A DNA stretch of 38,173 bases from IMG/VR virus record IMGVR_UViG_3300020045_002114, positions 1 to 38,173 of that record. One strand, 5' to 3'. This document shows, piece after piece, positions 14,492-23,659 of this stretch. The position numbers and the translations under genes are program-made. Numbering within the stretch: the stretch's first letter is position 1; every line of letters begins with the position of its first letter. The notes under the pieces were generated by a model. That model had not been told where the DNA came from. It saw nothing but the letters and a program-made list of their open reading frames with translations, and ran no database searches. The DNA comes from a virus (Duplodnaviria > Caudoviricetes).

Positions 14492-14888
14492 CCTCCTCGC
14501 GGCCGCGTTCGCCGCCCCGCAGTTCCAGAAGCTCGCCACGCTGGAAACCGACATGAACAACTGGCGGCAGGTCGCTATGACCTGCCAGCCCACCGTGAAT
14601 GCGGATTATGTGCGGACAGTGTGCGAGGAGATCGTGCGCCGGGCACAGTTGATATGCCAAAGCAGCCCGGCTGATCCCGACAAGGTGATTCCCTTCCTGC
14701 TGGAGGCGACTCGCCGTTGGGTGATGGAAGGCGTCCCGGTCGGCCAACTCGGCCTCCGGGTGCCGAAGACGATTGACGAACTGGGTATCCTGATCGTCAA
14801 GATGAACCTGAACCCAACCACAGGCGAGAAGCTTTCCGCACGGGAACTCAAAGCCGCAAACAAGCTCGGGAGACTGAAACTACAATGA
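14472..14888 (+). CDS. hypothetical protein (138 aa)
   Basis: ATG 14472 (MSKFQPS...); ATGA overlap with the next gene. Confidence 0.6.
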   Translation: MSKFQPSLLAAAFAAPQFQKLATLETDMNNWRQVAMTCQPTVNADYVRTVCEEIVRRAQLICQSSPADPDKVIPFLLEATRRWVMEGVPVGQLGLRVPKTIDELGILIVKMNLNPTTGEKLSARELKAANKLGRLKLQ

Positions 14889-15328
14889 GCCCTATGGACA
14901 GGCAGGTCGGTGGCGACCACTACCTCAAGCTCGGCATGCAGCCGTTCCAGTTCAGCCTCGGCAACGGGTGGGACGGCGGCTCGCATACGATCCTCAAGTA
15001 TGTGTCCCGGCACCACAACGTCCCTCGCGAGGAGGCCATCGAGTCCCTTCGCAAGGCGATCCACATTGTCGAGATCATCCAGAAGGCGATCACCGAACAG
15101 CGGTATGTCAACACCGCCTGCATGGTGGCGCAGCGCTACGGCATGGCCGACTACATCCAGATCAACAGCCTTGACGATCTGGAGTCGGTCGCCCTGCTGT
15201 ATCTGAATAGCTGGATATACGACCGGCCCGTGGGCGAGGCCGACGGACAACCCTTCTCGGCCACGGCCGCGATGGTCATCAACGCAATCGAGGACATCCT
15301 CATAAACCGATATGGAGTAGGCGCATGA
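14885..15328 (+). CDS. DUF3310-like protein (147 aa)
   Basis: QVGGDHY...QP...LKYVSRH...LRKAIH pattern. Confidence 0.65.
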   Translation: MSPMDRQVGGDHYLKLGMQPFQFSLGNGWDGGSHTILKYVSRHHNVPREEAIESLRKAIHIVEIIQKAITEQRYVNTACMVAQRYGMADYIQINSLDDLESVALLYLNSWIYDRPVGEADGQPFSATAAMVINAIEDILINRYGVGA

Positions 15329-15948
15329 ACACCTTCCCGGCATTGCCCGGCACAGTTATCCAACAGTACGATGCTGACGGAGACTTCACAGAAACACCCA
15401 TCGTCGGCTGGCAGCACGTTCAGGGCAACATGTGCTTTCCGGTCTTCCCGTGCGGAAACCGTTCCGTCGGCCCCGGCACCGTGATCGCCATACCCAACGG
15501 CTCCGGCCGGTGGCACTTCGTCCATCCGTCGAGCCAGACTTCATCCGACGACGTGTTCTATATCAAGCAGATCGTCGCAGACGCCCTTGGCGCGGCCGAG
15601 GAGAGCGGCGAGGTCGCGGCAGCTACCACCAAGCCCGGAAAGGCCACGACGCCTGTCCAGCCCGACGGCAAGCCGGACACGCGCCCTCTCAAGTTCGGAG
15701 CAGAGACCTACAAGACCAAGAGCTTCTGGCACTGGGAGATCGCGAACGCCGTCTTCGAAATCGAGCCGGAGAACGTGATCCCGAAGGACCCCCGTGTGGT
15801 CAAGGTCAAGCGGGACGAATACGCCAAGCTCAAGCGCGACGGCGCGGTCAAGATGGACCCACACTCCGGGCTGATCCACGAGGAGAAGCCTGCCGAACCC
15901 GAGGCCCCGGCCGAGGACGATGAAGACGACGTTTCGGGGCTGATCTAA
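15325..15948 (+). CDS. hypothetical protein (207 aa)
   Basis: GGAG RBS; acidic tail ending in LI. Confidence 0.7.
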   Translation: MNTFPALPGTVIQQYDADGDFTETPIVGWQHVQGNMCFPVFPCGNRSVGPGTVIAIPNGSGRWHFVHPSSQTSSDDVFYIKQIVADALGAAEESGEVAAATTKPGKATTPVQPDGKPDTRPLKFGAETYKTKSFWHWEIANAVFEIEPENVIPKDPRVVKVKRDEYAKLKRDGAVKMDPHSGLIHEEKPAEPEAPAEDDEDDVSGLI

Positions 15949-16265
15949 TGGCGAAGAAAGCAGCGACATCTGACGGCAAGCCACGGCCGAACGACGCCCA
16001 CGGCGTGGCCCGCGACCAGCTTCGGTCCTTCATTGAAAGGATCGAGCGGCTGGAGGAAGAGAAGAAGACCATCGCGGACGACATCAAGGATGTCTACGGC
16101 GAGGCCAAGGGCACGGGCTTCGACTCCAAGGTGCTTCGGAAGCTGGTTGCCGAGCGCAAGCAGGACCGGGACGCCCTCATGGAGTTCGAAGCCATTCTCG
16201 ACACCTACCGCATGGCGCTCGGCATGATCCCGAGCACCGACGCTGACGAGTCGGGTCTCGTATGA
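15948..16265 (+). CDS. gapR: GapR / DUF2312 nucleoid-associated protein homolog
   Basis: [36 protein letters not shown]...[10 protein letters not shown] is the DUF2312/GapR signature. Confidence 0.9.
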   Translation: MAKKAATSDGKPRPNDAHGVARDQLRSFIERIERLEEEKKTIADDIKDVYGEAKGTGFDSKVLRKLVAERKQDRDALMEFEAILDTYRMALGMIPSTDADESGLV

Positions 16266-16468
16266 TCGACGCCATCGCCCGGACGAACGGATTGTCCGTA
16301 TGGAAGCTGAACGACGGGCGATGGCAGGTCAGCACGAAGAATGACGATGGATCGTTCCGGGTTCACATTGGTGAACTCGGGCCGACCATGGAGAAGGCCC
16401 TGCGCGAGGCCGGGGCAGGCATGGTGCCGCAAGATGATGACGATGAAGACTGGAGGAACCTGATATGA
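16262..16468 (+). CDS. hypothetical protein (68 aa)
   Basis: ATGA overlaps; acidic tail [11 protein letters not shown]. Confidence 0.6.
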   Translation: MIDAIARTNGLSVWKLNDGRWQVSTKNDDGSFRVHIGELGPTMEKALREAGAGMVPQDDDDEDWRNLI

Positions 16469-16701
16469 GCAAGAGCAAGGGCGGGCGCGTCTGTACGACC
16501 AATCCGGTGACCAGAGAAGCCACTCGGATTTTGAAAGCCACAGGCCACGAATACGACATTGTGGACGGGGGCAAACACCTCAAGGTCATCCTCGCCGGGA
16601 AGTTCATCGGAGTGCTTGCCAAATGCGGCAAGCGCGGCCGCGACACGGTTATGCTCGAAACGCAGATCAAGCGCAGATTGAAAGAATTGCAATGCTCATA
16701 A
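16465..16701 (+). CDS. small basic protein, weak HicA-like pattern (78 aa)
   Basis: GGAGG RBS; helix then DGGKHLKV; family call is weak. Confidence 0.5.
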   Translation: MSKSKGGRVCTTNPVTREATRILKATGHEYDIVDGGKHLKVILAGKFIGVLAKCGKRGRDTVMLETQIKRRLKELQCS

Positions 16702-17354
16702 CCAGCGGCCCGTTCACCGGGCTCCGAAAAGCCCACTACCGAGTCCTCTATGTCGATGTGCCGTGGCAGTACGTCACATGGTCCGGGAAGGGCAAGGCGA
16801 AGAGCCCGGACAACCACTATCAGACCATGACGCTGGACGAGATCATGGCGATGCCGATCAAGGAACTGTGCCACCCCGAGGGCTGCATCATGCACTTCTG
16901 GGTGATCGACAGCCACGCCGAAATCGCCCTCAAGGTGATCAAGGCTTGGGGCTTCACCTACAAGACCGTGGGCTTTTACTGGGCCAAGACCGGCAAGACA
17001 GAGAGCACGTTCCCCATCGGCACCGGCTTCTGGACACGGGCGAACCCGGAGCACGCCTACGAATGCTATCTGGGGGAGACAGAGCAGGAGGTGGAGCGGT
17101 CTTTCCTCGCGACGTGGAAGCAGCCTCGCCGGATCGCCAAGGACGTTCGTAGGCTCGTTCTCGCGCCGCGCCGGGAGCATAGCCGCAAGCCGGACAAGAT
17201 CGCTGACGACATCATACGCCTGACCGACGGCCCCTATCTCGAATTGTTCGGTCGCCAGAGCCGCGAGGGCTGGACGGTCTGGGGGAACCAGAACACCAAA
17301 TTCGATGACCCGCTGGAGGTCAACTACCAGAAGCTTGTGGAGTCCCTGATATGA
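16692..17354 (+). CDS. MT-A70 family DNA methyltransferase
   Basis: YRVLYVDVPW, HYQTMTLDEI, WGFTYKT..W.K, GFWTRANPE, EHSRKPD, YLELFGR..REGW..WGN. Confidence 0.85.
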   Translation: MLITSGPFTGLRKAHYRVLYVDVPWQYVTWSGKGKAKSPDNHYQTMTLDEIMAMPIKELCHPEGCIMHFWVIDSHAEIALKVIKAWGFTYKTVGFYWAKTGKTESTFPIGTGFWTRANPEHAYECYLGETEQEVERSFLATWKQPRRIAKDVRRLVLAPRREHSRKPDKIADDIIRLTDGPYLELFGRQSREGWTVWGNQNTKFDDPLEVNYQKLVESLI

Positions 17355-17366
17355 GGGGTGCCGGGA

Positions 17367-17879
17367 ATGGTTGACTTCGGGAAGCTGAACGATGACCGGA
17401 AACGGCGCGAGCGGCTGGCGAAGTTCATCGGCATGCTTGGATCGGACCACGACGGGGAGGTGCTGAACGCGGCCCGGTTCATCCGCAAGATGGCCGAGGA
17501 GCAAAAGGTGACCTTGGCCGAACTTCTCATGGCCCCGACCAAGACCGTCGTGCAGGAGCGCGTCGTCTACCGGGAAGCCCCCATGCAGCCCGCCCGCCGG
17601 GATGACTTCCAGTACGGAGCCTACCACGGCCGCCGCTACAAGACGCATTTCGATGAAGCATCGGCTGACAGTCTGGACGACCGAACCATCCTTGACGCGA
17701 TCAAGGCGATCCTGAACTCGGGCGAGGACATGGCATGTCTGGACGTGGGGATGCAGGACTTCGTGAGCAGCGCCCCCTTCCAGTATAACTATGACTGGGA
17801 GCTATCGAACCAGCAGAGAAAATACGCCAAGGTCATCCTGCGCTACTGGAAGGCCAGAGACGCCGAGCCCCTGATCTAG
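17367..17879 (+). CDS. hypothetical protein (about 170 aa)
   Basis: RLAKFIGMLGSDHDGEVLNAAR motif; last + strand gene; stop overlaps the convergent gene at CTAG 17876-17879. Confidence 0.7.
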   Translation: MVDFGKLNDDRKRRERLAKFIGMLGSDHDGEVLNAARFIRKMAEEQKVTLAELLMAPTKTVVQERVVYREAPMQPARRDDFQYGAYHGRRYKTHFDEASADSLDDRTILDAIKAILNSGEDMACLDVGMQDFVSSAPFQYNYDWELSNQQRKYAKVILRYWKARDAEPLI

Positions 17880-18379
17880 GGGCTCACCGTGAAGATGTTG
17901 CTGTAGGCGACCACTTCCTTGTCCGGCCAGTCCGGGCGGCGCATCTTCCAAGACCCTCGCACCCGGTACTTCCCGACCCGCAGGCCCTCGCAATGGCGGC
18001 CGATGAACCAGTCCCACGTAACCGTGTTCTTGGGGATGTAGTCGGCCACCTGATAGTCGTTGACGCCCGAGCCGGAGCATTCGAGCGAGAACCGGCCGGG
18101 CTCGTCTGTGACCTCGCGCTCGACCTCCACGACCCAGAAACCGAGGAAAGGTTCCTTGATTCGCCGGTCGTAGGTCATGGTCGGATTTTCCCCGACACGG
18201 AAGTCCGGGATGTAGAGTTCGTTCACCACGAACCAGTTGTCGGCCGGAATGTCCACCCGGAGCCGCTGCTGAATCATGTTCGTGAAAAAGATCGCCGAGG
18301 CGACGAAGGCCAGCGCTACCGTCAACTCCAGCGCCCGGTAGCGCCACCACGTTTTCCAGCCCAAATCAGCCTCCCGCAC
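17876..18379 (-). CDS. membrane-anchored protein with a periplasmic beta-rich domain, near the lysis genes (167 aa)
   Basis: One N-terminal TM segment (LTVALAFVASAIFF), two Cys. Confidence 0.65.
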   Translation of the reverse strand: MREADLGWKTWWRYRALELTVALAFVASAIFFTNMIQQRLRVDIPADNWFVVNELYIPDFRVGENPTMTYDRRIKEPFLGFWVVEVEREVTDEPGRFSLECSGSGVNDYQVADYIPKNTVTWDWFIGRHCEGLRVGKYRVRGSWKMRRPDWPDKEVVAYSNIFTVSP

Positions 18380-18647
18380 TTTTCTTTATAAACTCGATAA
18401 CAACGTCTTTTGCAGCCCACCACATGAGAACGATAGAGCCGATGAACATGAGCACGTTGCGAGCCCCGGCAAGGAAGCCGGTGGTGGCGGTTACGCCTGC
18501 GTAGAAGTTGATCGCCGAGACAGCCATCTTCGACTGTTCCGGCGTGAGCCCGACGATGTGTCCGGTCTCGCTCAAGCGGCGCAGTTCTTCCAACGTCTTC
18601 TTTTCTTCTGGCGAAAGTTTCGAGGAGTCGCCGATACCCCACAGCAT
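18366..18647 (-). CDS. small membrane protein, possibly holin-like (93 aa)
   Basis: AAGGAG RBS; C-terminal TM segment VLMFIGSIVLMWWAA. Confidence 0.6.
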   Translation of the reverse strand: MLWGIGDSSKLSPEEKKTLEELRRLSETGHIVGLTPEQSKMAVSAINFYAGVTATTGFLAGARNVLMFIGSIVLMWWAAKDVVIEFIKKSAGG

Positions 18648-18754
18648 GATGAACTCCTTCGGTACGCCGAATCCTGATCACGGATAACGTCAATGTAGTG
18701 GTTTAGGTCCACTCGCAATAGTGTCAATTATCGCATACCAGCGTTGATAAACAG

Positions 18755-18782
18755 CAAAACGCCGGGCACTGGGACCCGGCGT
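18755..18782 (-). terminator. rho-independent terminator
   Basis: On - strand ACGCCGGG-N8-CCCGGCGT followed by TTTG, just after the 18809 stop. Confidence 0.65.
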
Positions 18783-18808
18783 CCATATATGCTGCGATGC
18801 ACCAACCG

Positions 18809-19177
18809 TCAACGGGTGGCGGGAATTTTCGAAAGCAGGATATCCCGGAGGTTCTTGGATGTCACCCCCAGTTTCTCCAGCGCGTCCGGGTTTTTCTCCT
18901 GCACGTAGTCCATCGCCGTGCCGAGGACGTTCCCGATATTCCCCGGCACGACCTCGGCGATCTTGAGCCCGTGCTTCTGGAGCGCATAGGTCAGGGCGTT
19001 CTGGGCCGAGGCGTGGATCGCGTCCCGGAGGAGCTTTTCGATCTCGGTCTGGTCCTTGTCGGTCTTGACGCCGAGCCACTGGTAAACCTTGGCGGCCAAG
19101 ATCGGGAGGATCAAGGTCGCGAGGAGTTCAAGGACTGGCCGCAGGATCGCGGCGTAGTCGAGCAATTTCTGTTCCAT
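18809..19177 (-). CDS. putative holin (single TM, LL-H-like pattern) (122 aa)
   Basis: Immediately downstream of the endolysin; N-terminal TM; A.DYV....PDAL..LG pattern. Confidence 0.55.
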   Translation of the reverse strand: MEQKLLDYAAILRPVLELLATLILPILAAKVYQWLGVKTDKDQTEIEKLLRDAIHASAQNALTYALQKHGLKIAEVVPGNIGNVLGTAMDYVQEKNPDALEKLGVTSKNLRDILLSKIPATR

Positions 19178-19180
19178 AGG

Positions 19181-19885
19181 CTATCCTTTCATGGCGGCCG
19201 AGACTTCGGCTCGCAGCTTGTTTCCTACCGCCGTGGCCCCCACTACGGACGGGTCGAAAGCGAGATGGGTGTAGTCCCATTTCCCCTTTTGGGTGATCCC
19301 GAGGTTTCCCTGCACCTCGGCGTGAGACAGGACCGTCTTCGGCGTGACGGCGATCCCGTAGTGCTTGCAAAGCTGCGCCACGGCCTGAACCAGCGTGTCC
19401 CACTGATTCCGCTTCATCGGGTAAGGCCCGGCGTTGAACGGCGACTCCACGGCGTTCAGCATGCAGGCCAGCGAAATGCCGATAGAGCCTGTATTGCAGG
19501 ACAGGGTGTGGGCCGCGTAGTCGCCGTCCGAGGTCAGCGAATTGTCGGCCACCTCATGATCGCCCCGGACCCACTTGCCGTCACCGCCTGCGATGAAGTG
19601 GTAGTGTTCCTTGTCGATAGAGGAGACCACATAGCCGCCCGCCGACCAGTGGCAGATGATCCGGGTCATCTTGGCGTTGTCGAGCCACGACACCGGCAGG
19701 GGGCCAGCCGTTGCGATTGGCTTGGGTTCGTAGTCTCCGATCCCGAAGGTGTCGAAGGCGTTGTTCAGGGCCGTGAAGGTCTTGTCGCCCCACACCCCGT
19801 CGGCCCCGGCTTCGCCGAGATCGGCCCCGAACCCGGCGAGAACCAGCCGGTTCTGGATGACTTGCATTTTCCCATCGTATGGCAT
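19181..19885 (-). CDS. endolysin: peptidoglycan-binding domain plus N-acetylmuramoyl-L-alanine amidase (Amidase_2)
   Basis: IQNRL...G.DGVWGDKT (PG binding); IICHWSAG, YHF, AAHTLSCNTGSIGISL, VLSHAE. Confidence 0.85.
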   Translation of the reverse strand: MPYDGKMQVIQNRLVLAGFGADLGEAGADGVWGDKTFTALNNAFDTFGIGDYEPKPIATAGPLPVSWLDNAKMTRIICHWSAGGYVVSSIDKEHYHFIAGGDGKWVRGDHEVADNSLTSDGDYAAHTLSCNTGSIGISLACMLNAVESPFNAGPYPMKRNQWDTLVQAVAQLCKHYGIAVTPKTVLSHAEVQGNLGITQKGKWDYTHLAFDPSVVGATAVGNKLRAEVSAAMKG

Positions 19886-19991
19886 TGTCGCACTCCGTTG
19901 TTAACCATCCAAACCTATATCCCAACTTTTGGTTTGCACCAAGAACATTTGCCGTGTACACGGAAACTCCCAACTGACCGGAGACAGCGAT

Positions 19992-20348
19992 ATGTGCAAG
20001 TGCAGAGAGTGCGGCGAGGAGTTCAAGAAAGGCAAGTCACAGGAGCAGATGTTCTGTTCTAACGCCTGCCGCAGTTCGTGGAACAATCGCCGCAAGAACC
20101 GTGGCGCGGATGTCTACGATCTCTTCATGACCATGCGGTTCGACCGGAGCAACGCCAAGGGCGTCTGGGCCACGATGTGTCGCATGGCCTCGGAATGGAA
20201 TGAGGAAGACAAGAAAGCGTTCATGACCGAAGAAGAGATCAAGACCAACGTGTCGAAGCCCGGCCGGAAGAGTTTCGCCCCAGTACGCACGGTCATGGAG
20301 CGAAACGTTCGGTTTCAGGCCGTGAAGGGCCGGGTCAGTAAGCGATAA
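19992..20348 (+). CDS. zinc-finger protein, antisense to the late genes (118 aa)
   Basis: GGAG RBS; CRECGEEF...FCSNACR...WNNRR. Confidence 0.7.
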   Translation: MCKCRECGEEFKKGKSQEQMFCSNACRSSWNNRRKNRGADVYDLFMTMRFDRSNAKGVWATMCRMASEWNEEDKKAFMTEEEIKTNVSKPGRKSFAPVRTVMERNVRFQAVKGRVSKR

Positions 20349-20631
20349 TGCTGATCTGCTCGACGCCGGAGGCCGAGCGCAGGAAGAGCTTGAAACCGTC
20401 CGGCAGGCCGCCCGCCGAGAAGGTGGACTCGACGCCCTGAATGCCTCGGGCCAGCGTGATCCCGGAAACGTTATCGTCCGGGTCCGCGTCTCCAGCCTTG
20501 ACGCACCACACGGAAATCTTGCCGGAAGACTTCATCTGGACCGCGATGAATTTCACGTCCGCTGCGATCTCGACCCATCCGTCTTCGGAGTCGAGATCGA
20601 TGTCTGCTGTCATTGTCGTTACAAGTGCCAT
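20335..20631 (-). CDS. small beta-rich virion/fibre-associated protein (98 aa)
   Basis: Last gene of the tail operon; alternating hydrophobic strand pattern. Confidence 0.55.
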   Translation of the reverse strand: MALVTTMTADIDLDSEDGWVEIAADVKFIAVQMKSSGKISVWCVKAGDADPDDNVSGITLARGIQGVESTFSAGGLPDGFKLFLRSASGVEQISIIAY

Positions 20632-20634
20632 GGA

Positions 20635-23600
20635 TCACCCCATCTTAAAGCTGCCGCCGAGACCAAATACCGGGCCGCCTCCGACGGAGAAGGACGATCC
20701 CGTGCCGAACGACGGCGTTGCTTCGCTGGCCCGGTCAGCGTCTTCCGTAGCAGACGAAGCCGTGGGGAGATAGCCCATCAAATCCATCCAGACCCGGTAG
20801 TAGGTCTCGGCCGCGAGGTCGGCAGTCGGCAGGAAGCCGATGGCCTCCACAGGAGCCCGGTAGCGGCTCTCCAGCAGCGTGTCGCCTTCCGGGAGGTATC
20901 CTTGCATCGGGGCGCGAACAGCGAACCACCCGGTCGCGTCGATCTCGGCAACCGGCATGTAGTTGGACGCCGGGTCCACTTCCACGGCGATGAACATCTT
21001 GACCATGGCTCCCGAGGTCGGCAGGTACGACCGGCTGATCGAGTTGGCGCGGATCGCACGGGTGACCGATACGGCCGCCGTCGGCAGCAGCGCAGAGACC
21101 GGGTTGATCCAAGCATAGCTGCGCTCGACCACCACGGCGCTCGCCGTCGGCAGCAGGTCCGACACGATCTGCCAATGATAGACGTAGCCGTGGTCCTCGG
21201 ACTCGACATCGGCAGTCGGCAGCAGGTCGCTGACCGCTTCGATGTCCACATGGGTCGGCTGCGTGCCGGACATCTCGACTGTCGGCAGAAGGCCCTCCAG
21301 CATGTCCATGTAGCCGAAGATCGGCATCCATGTGAGGCCGTCCGAGGTCGGCAGCAGATCGGAAACCGCGCCGATCATGACGCCGAGCGGCACATTGACT
21401 TCGGACTCGGAGACCGGCAGCAAGCCCTCCAGCGCCATGTCGATCTTGGGCGGCAGGTAAACCAGCGTGTCGGAAGTGGGCAGTTCGCCCATGGCTTCGA
21501 TGTCGGCCTTCCGGGGCTCGTCCACATAGAGGTCGGCCGTCGGCAGGAGTTCATCGTTGGTCTGGTCATCGCCGATCCGCACGCCGAGCGGCATGTAAAC
21601 GTCGGCCGCAGCCTCGGGCATGTAGCCGGTGAAGTCCGCGACGAAGCTCTCCGGTGTGAACACCAAAGCATCGGCCGTCGGCAGGAAGCCTTCCACCACG
21701 ATATCGGCCGTCGCGCCGACGCCGGTCAGCGCGTCCACGGTCGGCAGCAGGTCCGATAGCAACTCGGCCGTGACCGCATAGAAGACGCGCACTTCGGACG
21801 CAGCCTCGGGGAGGTATCCGATCAGATCGCCCTCGGCCGGGTAGCCCCCAACGTCGCCTTCCAGTTCGGCGTAGGGGAGCATGTCGGACACTGCGTCGAT
21901 CATGACGCCAGTCGGCACCAGAACCTCGCTGGCGGCCTCGGGAAGCAGGCCCTCGCCGATGATGTCGCCATAGCGCTCGACCTCGCCAGCGACCTCGGCC
22001 GTCGGCAGGAAGCCCTCCAGAGTGTCCAGCCAAGAATGGATGTCTTGGAAGACCGTGGCGTCGGAAGTCGGCAGCAGGCCGGTGACCTCCAGATACCAAG
22101 CTTCGGGCATGGTGAACTCGCCGGTCATGGTCGGCAGCAGGTTCTCGGCGGCGATGTCCGCACCGATGGGGAGCAGCAACAGGCCATCGGAGGTCGGCAG
22201 CAGGCCGTCGGTGTAGGCGTAGGCGTAAGGCGGCGCTACGAGGTTCGCCCACTCCGGGGCAATCGCGCCCGCGCCGATGACCGCCGAACCGCTCTTCTGG
22301 GTCACGACCGGGAAGCCTTCATCGTCCGGCTGGCCGCCAAGCGCGATCCGCGTGGTCGGCAGCAGGCCATCCCCGTCGATCCAAATTGGCTCCGGCATGT
22401 GGACCGTGAAGTCGGCCGTGGGCAGGAAGGTCGAGATCGCGTCAATCGAGCCGTAGAAGTTCGCCACAGACACGGCCGCCGTCGGCAAGAATGTGCTGAC
22501 TGCCGGGACGAAAACACCCGTCGTCACATCGACTACCGAAGCTCCAGTCGGGAGCAGACCGTTGCCGATAATGCTGCCGCCCACAGGAAGACCCAAGGTC
22601 GCCGCCGCAGTCGGCAGCAAGCCCGTGGCCGCGAGCGAATCCACGGTCGCCCGGAAGGTGTAGATCGCGACCCACGGCGAGACGGAATGCCCGACTGCGT
22701 AGAACCGATCATGGTCGGTGAAAGAGGAGTTCCACGAATCCACGCCGGGGTCGGTGGGCTGCGCCGAGGCGAAGGTCACCGTATCCCCTGCAAGCTCGTA
22801 GTGCCGCAGGTACGGGGTGGCCTGCGCAGTCACCATGAAGTGCTTGCCGTCAGCCGCGAACGCCGCGTATCGGCCGTTGGTGTAGCCGGTCGCCGGAGTT
22901 GTCACGACTTCGTAGGCCGTGCCGTTCCATTTGTAGAAATCGAAGCCCGGAGCCGCCGCCTTGAGGCGCACGATATGATCCGACTTAGAGCCCATCCGCA
23001 TGCCGATAGACGCACCAGTCGGCGTCGTGACAAGGCCGGAGCCCGAGCCGCTGGTCAGGGCTGTAATCGCCCCGGTGGACGAATTGAAGCTGTAGACCTT
23101 GATGAACGGCGTGGTCGATCCCGAATACATGAACCGAGCGCCGTCGTAGCTCCAGCCTGCATTCGTCACATTGCCGAGGTTGGTCGCAGAAGTCGCCACC
23201 TGATTCCATGTGGACGATGTGCCGCTACGCTTGAAAATCTGGATGAACGGCGAGGCGTTGCCGCAGAAAACGACATAATTGGAAAGCGTCGGGTGGAAGT
23301 TACAAGCCCACGACGCGCCTGCCGCAGTGGTGTCGAGCGTCTGCGCGGTCAGGACGCCCGTCGTCTGGTTGACCGCAAAGAGCTTGCGCGTGGCCGACGT
23401 GTCCGCGATGGCGAGGAACGTGCTGTCGGCCGACCAAGAAATCCCGTAGACGATACCGGCGGCGACGACGCCTGTCTCGGTGTGGTCGAAGACGAAAGTC
23501 TGCCCGGTCTTCTTGAAGACGAGAAGGTTCCCGGTGTTGCCATTCGCCGTGACCATCCACTTCCCGTTTGGAGAGACGCCGGTTGCGCGGTTTTCGCCAG

Positions 23601-23646
23601 CGGGGGAAGAGGCGGGGTTGGACAGCTTAGTGAAAGAATATGCCAT
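20635..23646 (-). CDS. tail fibre-associated protein: N-terminal beta-propeller plus about 28 [GD]-[LFY]-LP[TE] repeats (1003 aa)
   Basis: WD40-like blades (SPNGKW, WSADST, WSYDGA, FAADGK) in the first ~330 aa; 21-22 aa periodic repeats thereafter. Confidence 0.75.
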   Translation of the reverse strand: MAYSFTKLSNPASSPAGENRATGVSPNGKWMVTANGNTGNLLVFKKTGQTFVFDHTETGVVAAGIVYGISWSADSTFLAIADTSATRKLFAVNQTTGVLTAQTLDTTAAGASWACNFHPTLSNYVVFCGNASPFIQIFKRSGTSSTWNQVATSATNLGNVTNAGWSYDGARFMYSGSTTPFIKVYSFNSSTGAITALTSGSGSGLVTTPTGASIGMRMGSKSDHIVRLKAAAPGFDFYKWNGTAYEVVTTPATGYTNGRYAAFAADGKHFMVTAQATPYLRHYELAGDTVTFASAQPTDPGVDSWNSSFTDHDRFYAVGHSVSPWVAIYTFRATVDSLAATGLLPTAAATLGLPVGGSIIGNGLLPTGASVVDVTTGVFVPAVSTFLPTAAVSVANFYGSIDAISTFLPTADFTVHMPEPIWIDGDGLLPTTRIALGGQPDDEGFPVVTQKSGSAVIGAGAIAPEWANLVAPPYAYAYTDGLLPTSDGLLLLPIGADIAAENLLPTMTGEFTMPEAWYLEVTGLLPTSDATVFQDIHSWLDTLEGFLPTAEVAGEVERYGDIIGEGLLPEAASEVLVPTGVMIDAVSDMLPYAELEGDVGGYPAEGDLIGYLPEAASEVRVFYAVTAELLSDLLPTVDALTGVGATADIVVEGFLPTADALVFTPESFVADFTGYMPEAAADVYMPLGVRIGDDQTNDELLPTADLYVDEPRKADIEAMGELPTSDTLVYLPPKIDMALEGLLPVSESEVNVPLGVMIGAVSDLLPTSDGLTWMPIFGYMDMLEGLLPTVEMSGTQPTHVDIEAVSDLLPTADVESEDHGYVYHWQIVSDLLPTASAVVVERSYAWINPVSALLPTAAVSVTRAIRANSISRSYLPTSGAMVKMFIAVEVDPASNYMPVAEIDATGWFAVRAPMQGYLPEGDTLLESRYRAPVEAIGFLPTADLAAETYYRVWMDLMGYLPTASSATEDADRASEATPSFGTGSSFSVGGGPVFGLGGSFKMG

Positions 23647-23659
23647 GCTGCCCTAACCT

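Noticed and set aside
16465-16701. HicAB toxin-antitoxin pair
   Set aside because: Only a weak HicA-like pattern and no recognisable HicB neighbour
16329-20062. Long ORFs 16329-17648 (-) and 18797-20062 (+)
   Set aside because: Antisense to recognisable MT-A70 and endolysin genes; no motifs of their own
20755-22630. LPT repeats as sortase LPxTG signals or a diversity-generating retroelement target
   Set aside because: The motif is LPT[A/S], not LPxTG, with no following TM segment; no near-identical TR/VR pair differing at adenines and no reverse transcriptase is visible
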